Shown here in pieces: positions 1-11,230 of a DNA stretch of 64,000 nucleotides; positions within the stretch are counted from its first letter, which is position 1, and each line of letters starts with the position of its first letter. The notes under the pieces were generated by a model. The model was given only the letters and a program-made list of their open reading frames with translations. It was not told the DNA's origin and did no database searches. Position numbers and translations under genes: made by a program. The DNA comes from Eledone cirrhosa (lineage: Eukaryota). The stretch lies in NCBI GenBank assembly GCA_964016885.1, contig OZ024747.1, positions 34,534,001 through 34,598,000 on the forward strand, read 5' to 3'.

Positions 1-235
1 TTATAGAGTTCTTTCTGCTTTTGTTACTCTAAATATAAATTATAGTTTAAAGAATTAGCTTTTAATGAATTCCCTTTTCTATCAACCAATGACCTGTACC
101 CATCCCACTCCCTACCCTCTCCTACCACCTGAAGAGACCTATAAATACCATATTTATTTTTTGATACCCTGATTCCCGATGATTTCTAAAGAATGAAACA
201 GTTCTAGTCATGTAGAATCTCATCTATATTAAAAC
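1..235 (+). mobile_element. 3' end (pLTR-like) of a PLE with a degenerate hammerhead-like motif, ending in (TA)n
   Basis: CTGAAGA near 129 and GAAACagttctaGTC at ~195-210. The gatgatttc..gaatgaaacagttct..tgtagaa block is shared with the fold-back at 26345-26538. Confidence 0.45.
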
Positions 236-244
236 TATATATAT

Positions 245-283
<39 letters not shown>

Positions 284-285
<2 letters not shown>

Positions 286-594
286 CGATATTAAATAAAT
301 GGAAACTATATTTATAAAACCATATTTATTTCATTATATATATTTCAGGGATATCATATTAAAACTATGTTATGCCTTCTTCAGACAAAATACAAATATT
401 GTATTTTGTCTGAAGAAGGCATAACATATTTTTAATATTATATCCCTGAAATATATATAATGAAATAAATATGGTTTTATAAATATAGTTTCCATTTATT
501 TAATATCGTAAATATACTCCAAATACTTGTTGAGTGCTTTTATATCAGTTATAAATATTTACTCGTTGTTAACCCAACAATTTAAATAAAACTT

Positions 595-597
<3 letters not shown>
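284..597. mobile_element. Fold-back PLE-type remnant (inverted repeat 284-510 plus ~85-nt one-sided tail) in (TA)n
   Basis: Near-perfect palindrome centred near 397. Each arm has CTGAAGA..GAAA with weak flanking stems. (TA)n on both sides. Confidence 0.6.
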
Positions 598-661
<64 letters not shown>

Positions 662-667
<6 letters not shown>

Positions 668-948
668 CAACATAAGGTCTGCCTGTACGATCTAGAAAAT
701 AATAAATCAATACTCACAGACTCATATGGGCAAAAAGCCCATATGAGTCTGTGAGTATTGATTTATTATTTTCTAGATCGTACAGGCAGACCTTATGTTG
801 TTGAATTAAGATTTTTCACTCTAGCGATCTTATTAGTCAATTGCAACTATAACATGTAAATGTTTATCAAATATTAATTTATACTGCTCAGAAGCGATTC
901 CTAGAGGTGAAATGATTGTAAATGACCTCCTTGAGTCTAAACTCTAAG

Positions 949-950
<2 letters not shown>
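662..950. repeat. Perfect hairpin (662-806, ~70-bp arms, AAAAA loop) plus one-sided extension, in (TA)n
   Basis: attcaacaacataaggtc...tatgggc AAAAA gcccata...gaccttatgttgttgaat. Same layout as neighbouring PLE remnants, but no HHR core seen. Confidence 0.7.
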
Positions 951-998
<48 letters not shown>

Positions 999-1281
999 TA
1001 GATCATCTCCTTAGAATTATTAGATACAATATATACCATTTCCTCTCCCAATTAGCATAATTAACCCCATATAAAAAATTCAAATAGTCCAGGCTATAAG
1101 AATAAAGGCTGCTATAAAGAAATATTTGATAAATAACCGAAAGCGGCCTCTTCGCGGTGACCTCAATAGAGTATTTACCCAACATTTCAACAGCATATAG
1201 AAACTGACTAAATATACCGTCAACCATACACAATTAGGTGTAAATTTAAACTTAGAAGAAACGTGTACATACCGTAATTAC

Positions 1282-1360
1282 ATTTCTACCATGGTTTCGT
1301 CCGTATTTTTAGATATCCTATTGTTAGGATGAATCTAGAGTAACATACTCTTCAGGAGAC
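1282..1360 (-). ncRNA. Hammerhead-like motif (type I, long stem II) in a probable PLE 3' remnant (~998-1520)
   Basis: Minus strand: tctc CTGAAGA gt...ac GAAAC CATG GTA gaaa. Palindromic stem III ACCATGGT, GUA triplet, imperfect stem I. Confidence 0.5.
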
Positions 1361-2062
1361 AAACTCAAGTTGGACAGTTAATTTTCCAAAGCGACCGCGC
1401 CAAAAATAGATTCAAAAATGACTAAGAATCGTGACGTGGCAGTGGTCAAGTTAGAAATAATGTGATTAGTTGCTTACGGCGGGTAGGCTGGTTGCTAGAG
1501 AGCGCAGCCCAATATCGCCCTAATATATATATACATATATATATATATATGTACGTATGTATATATATATATATCTTACTGCTTCCCCGTTCTCTCTGTT
1601 TCTCTCACCTTCTTTCGCCCCCTCTGTCAGTTACACTTTCTCTCGACTGACCTCTTCCTCGCACTTCCACTCACTCACTCTCTGTTTCTCCCCTTCTCAC
1701 TAGATCCCGTTTGGCTAGTAGTGGGGTCCTTTCTTGCTCACATCTCACTCACGTCGGACGGTCTGTGTCTTGACCGCTCATGAAATCCACCCAGCTTATG
1801 CTGACCGGATAACCATATTGCTTGTTTATTTTTCTATCTTCAGTTTGCTTCCTTCTATGTTGTTTACTTGTCTCACTCGCTTTACGCGATTTACGTGTCC
1901 CAATAGCTTTTTTTAGTTATTGCTCGCACCAACCTGAGGTATATGATTTTTAATGCGATGAAATATCAATGATGGTTGGCAAATCACTGACGAGGGACTA
2001 ATTTCATCATATCTAACGCATGTGCAACCACGCAGTATTCTTCTTTCTTCTGATGTTTTTTT

Positions 2063-2098
<36 letters not shown>

Positions 2099-2257
2099 AG
2101 GAGGTTATAGTTTACTTGAAGCATTGTGTAATGAGGTATAAACGTTTGAATATGTATAATAAAGCCAAAACAATGCAGGTATGGACATAGAAAAAGAATG
2201 CAATTGCAAAAGATATTGTTGACAATTCGTCTTTTACCTTAGACTTATTTTAAACGT

Positions 2258-2292
2258 CCTTAATTTTCGAGATAATATCTCTTCTTCAGAGG
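2258..2292 (-). ncRNA. Minimal hammerhead in PLE1 pLTR (other copies 6007-6041 +; mutated at ~2855-2889 and ~8420-8455)
   Basis: cct CTGAAGA A gagata-t-tatctc GAAA ATT A agg. Palindromic AATT stem III, typical of dimer-type PLE HHRs. Confidence 0.7.
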
Positions 2293-3023
2293 GAAATAAA
2301 GGTCTCAAACCAGCGTTCTAAATATCTTTCCAAGCCATGCTGACAGGAAATAGTATAGAGTATATGTTCTATCTCTAATGTCAAAGAGTTAAAATTAGGT
2401 GGATAAAGAGTAGTCTCCCTTTAAAAGGGGTTTGTTTAGGGTTTTTTTATTATTTTTTAATATACATGCCTGTTTAAGTGTGTGGGAGAATGCATGAAGG
2501 TGTAAGTATGTGAGTGTGTGTGTGTGAGTTTGAGAAGATAAGTCTATTCGTAAATGTGGGGGCTGGTGTTATCTGGTGTTAGAACTGGTTTTGTGTGTGT
2601 ATGTGTGAGAGAGAATAAGTGTAGGTGTAAGCGTGTGTGTGTGTGCGTGCGTGTGTGTGTATGGGGGGTGTAAATATGGGGCAAGAAGCCCTAAAGAAAA
2701 AAAACCCCTAAACAAACCCCTTTTAAAGGGAGACTACTCTTTATCCACCTAATTTTAACTCTTTGACATTATAGATAGAACAGATACTCTATACTATTTC
2801 CTGTCAGCATGACTTGGAAAGATATTTAGAACGCTGGTTTGAGACCTTTATTTCCCGCTAAAGAAGAGGTATTATCTCGAAAATTAAGGACGTTTAAAAT
2901 AAATCTAAGGTAAAAGACGAATTGTCAACAATATCTTTTGCAATTGCATTCTTTTTTCTATGTCCATACCTGCATTGTTTTGGCTTTATTATACATATTC
3001 AAACGTTTATACCTCATTACACA

Positions 3024-5606
3024 ATGCTTCAAGTGAACTATAACCTCCTCCTTTCCTTACGCCTGAGCCAGGCCCAGTTCACAACTGTAAAGAAACTCTT
3101 CCAGCTATCTGAAAAGCGCGCCAAAGCCGGCTGCCAAATAAACTTCCTAAAACGATGCCTGAATAACAACATCATCCTCAAAACTATCAAAAATGTGCAC
3201 CTACCAACATGCTTCAAATCACCAGGCCTCAAACGATCACTTAGTTACATACAAAAATTCTGCCTAAGAAAACTCATACAACACCTACACCGCACGCTAC
3301 AACATCACATACGGACTATTTCCAGCCTTGTACCACGACTCGCTAAAATCCCAGAACCTCTGTCCAGAGTCATCTCCGCCACTATAGACAGGTCATACCA
3401 CCATCGCCGAGACTACGAGAAAATACGTCTAACGCAAACATTTCTAAAACTCAGGACGGCCAAGTGTCTTAACAACATCCTAACTCTAAGCACCAACAGA
3501 GACGAACAAGACGGTACCAACACCGAACCTAGCAGTGCCCCGACCAACAACACACCTGACGCAAAACACCTCGTTACAGACTTGATAGGATCCCTCTCCC
3601 GAGAGGAATTAGACCTCCTCAGCCTGGGTCCCAAGTTCATATTGAAACAGAGACTGGACGACAAACTATGGCTCGACATAGAAACGAATTTCTGTCGGGC
3701 TGCCTACCAACTAAAACGGATATCGACTCTCGGCAACAACACCACGAGATCTATCAAACCCAGATTCCCGATATACCAACTTGAACGCCCACTCTGTCCA
3801 CCGCCTGCCAACCGCGAGCTTGAAGAAAAACTCTCGAGACTAAAACATTCCGTATTTAACATCTTACGGAAACAGAAGAAGATAGCCCCAAACCTCTCCA
3901 GGACACAACAACTCGCCCTGAAGAACCTACGGAATAGGGAACTTATATACTTACCATCCGACAAAGGTAAATAGTTTTGCGTCATCTCTCAAGCCACATA
4001 CAATAACCTAGCCTTTGATCACCTAAGCGACAATGAATTATACACAGAGATCCCGGACATGACTGCAGCCCAGATTGAAAAACAGACCAACTCCATTTGG
4101 TTCGATATCTGTAGGAGAAGACAACTCCCAAATAAAGCTAAGCTCAACTACACCACTAGAAATAGCAGACTGCCCACTTTCTACCACCTCATCAAGACCC
4201 ACAAGAATAGCACTAAGACGCAAATAAGACCCATCATCTCTAGCATAGAAGGACCCCTATACAAAATTTCCTGGCTCCTCTCCCAGGTCCTCAAGCCTCT
4301 ACTCTCCACCTTTCCCGGGCATGTCAGTAGCTCCGACGAAGTTATACGTAGACTACACCAACTCCAGCCAGAACAACTTAAACTAAATAAATACGCTTTT
4401 AGCCTCGACGTTGTCTCACTCTACACTACAGTCCCCGCTCATCCAGCTGTCGATTTATTGACGGACTGCGTGGTCGCAGAGAACATCCACTGCTACGGCT
4501 TCCACCCGACGGACATACACCAGCTTTTGTCCTTCACAGTAGACAACACGTACTTCACCTTCCACCACCACACATACAGACAGACAACAGGATTACCCAT
4601 GGGATCCAGCCTATCGGGCCTGCTGGCCATCACCTACATGAACCAGCTAGAATGCCGAGCCCTCAACACCTGCCATTCCCATGCCTTCTTCGCCCGATAT
4701 GTAGATGACATACTCATCCTCAAATCATCCCGTGAGGAGGCAGATAAAATATACACAACATTCTCCAGTATGGACGCCAGTATAAAGTTCAGCATGGAAC
4801 ACCCCGATGACCGCGGATCCCTATCCCTACTGGACTTCCAACTCAGGGTAACAGAGGAAGGCAACATCCACACCTGCTTCTATAAAAAAGCCGCAAGCAG
4901 GGACCTGTTCGTACATTTCAGATCGGCCCTCCTACTCGGTGCCAAGTTCGGATACATAAGGAACGAACTGGCACGTATCCGGAACAAATGCACCGACGCT
5001 AGAGACCGAGACACACACACCACACATTTCCTGGAAGTACTCAAACTGAACGGATACACGACATCCACCACAAACTGTGCCAGAAATAACAGAGGACACC
5101 ACACCCGAGGCACTAACACTTGCTTCCTGAAGCTCCCACACTTCAGTGAAGAAACAACAACAGCCATCCACAGAGCCATCAGACGAGAAGGACTAGATAT
5201 CCAACTGGCCCACTCAGGTCCTTCTCTGCGCGGACAGCTAGCCAAAAGACACTCCACCAGACATGACAACTGCTGCAGACTAGCCAACTGCCCCATCAAC
5301 GACACAGACCTATGCCACCAGGCTTACGTCGTATACAGACTAGAGTGTGACAAATGCAACAACTTCTACGTAGGTAGCACCACCAGACCACTCCACATGA
5401 GAATAAAAGAACACCTCAATACTAACGCTTCCTCATTTAAGAAACACCTAGTTAAATGCAAAAACACCGACAAAACCATAACAGTTAGGATAGAAACTAA
5501 GGAAAGAAACCTCGGCAATCTTAGAATTAAGGAAGCACTAATTATAGATAAAACACAACCACCTATCAATAATAGACTAGAAATCAACACCCAATTTATA
5601 ACTTGA
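3024..5606 (+). pseudogene. PLE reverse transcriptase + C-terminal GIY-YIG endonuclease, 860 codons with one in-frame TAG (3972-3974)
   Basis: ORFs 2922-3974 and 4059-5606 share a frame. Motifs LSLGPKF, SDKG, FYHLIKTHK, RPIISS, SLDVVSLYT, GLPMGSSLS, RYVDD, LLDF, VVYRLECDKC..YVGST..RIKEH. Confidence 0.93.
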
Positions 5607-6155
5607 TAGGGCTTCTAGCCCCATATTTACACAGCCCATACACACACACGCACGCACACACACACACGCTTACCTCCACTTATTCTCTCTCACACATACA
5701 CACACAAAACAAGTTCTAACACCAGATAACACCTATCCCCCACATTTACGAATAGACTTATCTTCTCACACTCACACACACACACTCACATACTTACACC
5801 TTCATGCATTCTCCCACTCACTTAAACAGGCAAGTATATAAAAAAACCAAAAAAAAAACCTAAACAAACCCCTTTTAAAGGGAGACTACTCTTTATCCAC
5901 CTAATTTTAACTCTTTGACATTAGAGATAGAACAGATACTCTATACTATTTCCTGTCAGCATGGCTTGGAAAGATATTTAGAACGCTGGTTTGAGACCTT
6001 TATTTCCCACTGAAGAAGAGATATTATCTCGAAAATTAAGGACGTTTAAAATAAATCTAAGGTAAAAGACGAATTGTCAACAATATCTTTTGCAATTGCA
6101 TTCTTTTTTCTATGTCCATACCTGCTTGTTTTGGCTTTATTATACATATTCAAAC

Positions 6156-6217
<62 letters not shown>

Positions 6218-6221
<4 letters not shown>

Positions 6222-6926
6222 ATACTTGGGGAGGGTCATATTTGTGTAATATTTCCAGAATTAATAACAGAACACGCTCACTGTTTGGTTGGTTTTCGCT
6301 TTTCGCTTCTGTGTCTTTTATATCCGTAATCTAATTTATTCGGTCCTCAATGTGCCATTGACTGACCAACAGTCAAAAATACAGATACAATATAGACACA
6401 AACACATATATATAGTTTATCAAACTTCTTTCGTTGCCATCTGCAACATGGTCAGTGGTGCTATTGTTTCCTCCCGTTGCATTGTATGTTCTACTCCATG
6501 TTTATTTAGTCTGTTTATATATTCATTTATTTGTTTATTTTATTTTGTCTTCTTTGCGCATGTGTTTGCGTCTGTGTATATTGTGTTCTTCGATGTGTGT
6601 TCGTGATTGGGTGACGAAAAAACGGTTCAGTACTATAAGAACATGCCAGACAACAACACGACGGTAACATAGAAATTAGAATAATATCTAAACATAGAAA
6701 TGACGCAGCAGATAGGCAAATCAGAGAGGCCAGTGAAATAGAACTTAGAAGGCCAAGGCTAAACAGAAAAAAAATGAATGGAATAACAACAACACCCAAA
6801 CAAACAACACTGAACTAAGAGAAGAATAAATAAATAAATAAATAGATAAATAAATTAATTAATTAATACATACACACGCACAATAACAACTGGATTACTT
6901 TACTGATTACAGAAGTAAGTGTAACA
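6218..6926. mobile_element. TGT...ACA-bounded repeat related to the MITE-like element at 57182
   Basis: Starts tgttatacttggggagggtcat as at 13517 and 57182. Possible right end aagtgtaaca at 6917-6926. No clear TSD. Confidence 0.35.
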
Positions 6927-7330
6927 CAGTCCTTGTTCAGTTTATTTGCATATTGTCAAATTATGAATCATATCTATGTGCATATATATTTGCGTATACC
7001 AATATGCACACTATATATGCTAGCAGAAAACCGCCAGTTGGCGGTTCTTTTGCTAGTATATATAATGACATAAAAGCGACGTGATATAGAGGTAAAAGTA
7101 TATCATACCTTTTACCACTTAAGAATGTGTGAATGCATATTCGTAAGTGAATATTTTTGTAAGTGATTATATTTATATATTCGTATATATAAAAGTATGA
7201 TCGCCTGCAAGTTCATACATCAGACATAGAGAGGAAAGAGCGAGAGAGTAGTATAAGGGTATGAGGTAGTCATAACTACAGTGGTAGCAGCACACCGATC
7301 GGCTGAAGCGTATGGAAACAAAATTTCTAG

Positions 7331-7389
<59 letters not shown>

Positions 7390-7391
<2 letters not shown>

Positions 7392-8183
7392 GGAAAAAAT
7401 GAAACGAAATTTCATTTCTCACTCTTAGTACGGCTGTTACTTAAATATAAGTATGTATACGTACATACATATATGTATACAGACGTACAATAATATGTAT
7501 ATATATATACATACATGCACACATATATATATGTACGTATGGATTCACCGAACATTTATTATAATGCTCGGTGTGTTTGTAAACAAACATCCCGAATTAA
7601 GCCGTACAGTGTCTAGCAACCATCGTTGCTCATTTGTTCAACACTGACAAAGGAACGCTGTACTAGTTTCAAGCTTATTAGCTATCGTCAGCAACGTATA
7701 CCTTCCTGCCAGACGGTTGCACGTCTGAAAGTATAAACTTTCCTTATGCATATTAACGGCTGAGCAGCCTAATTTGCATATCGAGTGCGTTAATCGGCCG
7801 GGGTACCGAAAACGATAAACGGAAAAAATGAAACGAAATTTCATTTCTCACTCTTAGTACGTCTGTTACATAAATATATGTATGTATACGTACATACATA
7901 TATACGTACATATATATATGTGTTCATGTATGTATATATATATACATACTTCTGTACGTCTGTATACATATACAGCGTTCCTTTGTCAATGTTGAACAAA
8001 TGAACAACGATGGATGCTAGACACTGTACGGCTTAATTCGGGATGTTTGTTTACAAACACACCGAGCATTATAATAAATGTTCGGTGAATTCATACGTAC
8101 ATATATATATATATGCATTTATGTATATATATATATACATACTACTGTACGTCTGTATACATATATGTATGTACGTATACATA

Positions 8184-8188
<5 letters not shown>
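7390..8188 (-). mobile_element. Non-coding HHR-bearing element (retrozyme-like): 429-bp unit, partial second unit, inverted arm
   Basis: acggaaaaaatgaaacg... occurs at 7390 and 7819. 7973-8188 is the reverse complement of ~7446-7660. HHR at 7656-7696. (TA)n flanks and no coding capacity. Confidence 0.75.
7656..7696 (-). ncRNA. Minimal type I hammerhead ribozyme
   Basis: cgttg CTGACGA t-agct-aata-agct-t GAAAC TA GTA cagcg. 5-bp stem I, 4-bp stem II, palindromic stem III ACTAGT, GUA cleavage triplet. Confidence 0.85.
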
Positions 8189-8246
<58 letters not shown>

Positions 8247-8248
<2 letters not shown>

Positions 8249-8570
8249 AGGAAGTTATATTTCACCTGAAGCATTGTGTAATGAGGTATAAACGTTTGTA
8301 TATGTATAATAAAGCCAAAACAATGCAGGTATGGACATAGAATAAAGAATGCGATGCGAAGCATTTCATGTCAGCATGATTTGGCAAGCTATTTAGAACA
8401 CTGGTTTAACCGATTTACTTCCCTCCGAAGAAGAGATATTATCTCTAAAATTAAGGACATTTAAATAAATCTAAGGTAAAAGACAAATTGTCAACAATAT
8501 CTTTTGCATTTGCATTCTTTATTCTATGTCCATACCTGCATTGTTTTGGGTTTATTACACATATACAAAC

Positions 8571-8575
<5 letters not shown>
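8247..8575 (+). mobile_element. Miniature PLE1-family insertion (inverted arm + 3' pLTR piece)
   Basis: Both ends coincide with those of PLE1 (left ggagg.., right ..aaacgttta). Diverged sequence with a mutated HHR core. Confidence 0.85.
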
Positions 8576-8621
<46 letters not shown>

Positions 8622-8689
8622 ATAGTCACTCTATCTATCTCAATCTCACTCTTCATATACTCACACACGCAATCTCTCTCTTTTTATTT

Positions 8690-8756
<67 letters not shown>

Positions 8757-9599
8757 TATATATATATGGTAGTGATAGTGGTTGTTGTAGCTGATAGTGA
8801 TTAGATATAAATAATGCTTTTATAAAATCAAAGCACAACACCAGTTAAAATGCACCTGAGAGCTGTACACAATAATTTTCATTATTATACTTACAGCTTA
8901 CTGGGTTTACTAACGAACCCAATTTTACGGCTATATGTTTATAAAGGATATATACTCACACATATAAATGTATGTATATGCACATACACACACACGCACA
9001 TTCAAACACATACCCCTCAACAATCCCACTGTTTCACTCTCTTTCTCTCTTTTTCTCTCTCTTCATATATATATAACGAAACTATATATATGTAGTTTCC
9101 TTGACCATTATACTAATGTGCACAGACACACAGATATATTGTCCTTGGTATGACAGTGTGGTTTTAGCTCAATATAGGATAACTAGTATACTACAGAGCC
9201 GTTATAAGTTACGGAATAACCAAAGAATGCTTAGAAATACATTGTTTTATTTGCTAACAGTGTTTCATCCATACCTAAGTGTAGGAATCATCAGAGCCTA
9301 TAAACAAAAGTATATCAAAGGTTGCAGGCTACATCGAGGGTATCACCACAACAAGGAAGAAGGACAAGTAGGGGGGCACCCAATACCTATAATGTCACAA
9401 AAATCATAAAAAATTACGTCAAATTGTTATCACATAAATGATGCAATAGATAATAAGGAAGTTGAGAGAGGAGAGCAAGACATGAATGAGGGTCTTACTC
9501 AGCATGATCAAAAAACGAACCAAGCTTAGATACATCAATTCACAAGCAGTGCAAGTACATGATTTACAGGCAGAGTATGAAAGCTTGTAAGCAACTATC

Positions 9600-11230
9600 A
9601 TCCTCTTCGAGGAGCAACTTTGGACCCGGAAGAACGCGCCGAATATCTTTGATATCACAATGGGGTCCAGTGATTCGGCACAGGTCACAGATTTTGTTGG
9701 ACTCTATCTCCTGCACGAACTACATAAGACATTGCCGCATTTCAGAGGCGGGCTGTACCGTGATGATGCCCTATTCACTATTGAATATAAAAAACATAAT
9801 ATAGAAGGGACGAGAAAGGACCTACATAAATTATTCAAAAGCTTTAACCTTAGTATAACGATAGATAAAAATAATAAAAAGATTAACTTTTTAGACGTAA
9901 CCATGGACCTTAATAATAAAGACTTCTTACCTTATCACAAGCCACATGAAACACTAACATACGTAAACGCTAATTCCAACCACCCTAGATCCGTCCTAAA
10001 TGCCATAATTAAAGGGGTATGCAATAGGATTAGCAGACTATCACATATTGAGAATGCATTTAGGTCTAATGCAAGGTATTATAATGAGGCACTAGCAAAG
10101 TCCAGTTTTAAGGAAAAAAATAGACTATATAACTAACAACTCACAAACGACCAGGGCCGGGCCGAATAATGTAATCACGCACAATATGGCTTTGGCTAAT
10201 AGGAGCAGACACAACAAAAGGAACAGCATGGACACACTAAGCGGCTCTGATCAACCCCACCCGATTTCATCTAACACGCGTCCACAGTGTAGTAATACTA
10301 CTAACAGTAGGATAAAAGCTAGAAACTCGAGATACAATAGTACTGACAGGGAAACCAGCGAACTCCTTAAGGTAAGGTCACCACCCCACGATCTCGCTAC
10401 CGGAGAAGGTAGAGCGTCTATGCACAGTGCTGACTGTTTCGCCGGTACGAAAAAACAGAAAAAAATAGGCGAATATTAAATTCCTACTTTAATCCACCAT
10501 ACAACTCGGGGGTATTAACCAATATAGAAAAGGTATTTTCGTGATCTTTGAAAAAATCTCCCCCCACCCCGGTAGTAAATAACATAGCATCATTAATAAA
10601 AACACAGTTAAGCTATCATTCTCCACCACTCCAAATTTTAGCTCGTCACGAACAGCTAAAACATTAGAAAGGGTTTCGATACCATTGCATCTACGGGACA
10701 CACGCAGCCACTGAATGGACCGGATGCGGCGTCACCCTACAGTGCTATCCACACATCTGAAGGACAGTTGACAAATCACGGACATACGGAAAGCCAACCA
10801 TCTCCTGCACTGCAGAATAACATACACCGCAACTGTAACTGTAGACGAAAGGCGGAGTGTCCCCTGATGAGGATATGACTTATAAACAATATTGTCTACG
10901 CTTGTGAAGTTACAATTCGGACCTCTTCCAAAACATATATAGGATCTACATCGACCTCCTTTAAGAATAGGTACAACTCCCATCGTTATACGTTTAGACA
11001 TGATAGACTTCAGAATACCACGTCACTAGCTAGTTACATCTCTCACCTGAAGAGCACCAATATTCAATACACGCTTAATTGGAGAGTTATCACTAAATCA
11101 TCCCCGTACAGACCCCCTAGCAAGACGTGTAACCTTTGTCTCTCCGAGGCACACGCCATAATATTCTCCAAACTGACACTGTTACATATGAAATCGGAGA
11201 TATTCTCCTCTTTCCCGCACATTAATCTTA
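9600..11230 (+). pseudogene. Frameshifted PLE RT (motif B to thumb) + GIY-YIG
   Basis: MGSSDSAQVTDFVGLYLL, GLYRDD, NFLDVT, SNHP, YFNPP (~10485-10500), CNCRRKAECPL (~10834), NIVYACEV..TYIGST, CNLCLSE. Confidence 0.85.

Larger units (their letters stand above)
2097..6160 (+). mobile_element. Near full-length Penelope-like element (PLE1): inverted 5' arm 2097-2693, upstream pLTR 2694-3009, ORF, 3' UTR/pLTR 5607-6160
   Basis: 2694-3009 repeats directly at ~5845-6160. 2097-2693 is the reverse complement of 5607-6160 plus 3010-3051. (TA)n on both flanks. Confidence 0.95.

Noticed and set aside
3972-3974. Programmed readthrough of the TAG in PLE1
   Set aside because: It falls next to the conserved DKG motif of a normally single-ORF element. 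A point mutation or sequencing error is simpler.
7011-7063. Small palindrome ctagcagaaaaccgcc-agtt-ggcggttcttttgctag as a Helitron end
   Set aside because: Isolated hairpin with no second copy or body in the window. It cannot be assigned.
7772-7779. Octamer ATGCAAAT in the retrozyme-like unit as a promoter element
   Set aside because: A single 8-mer is expected by chance in AT-rich DNA, and no accompanying proximal element was recognised.
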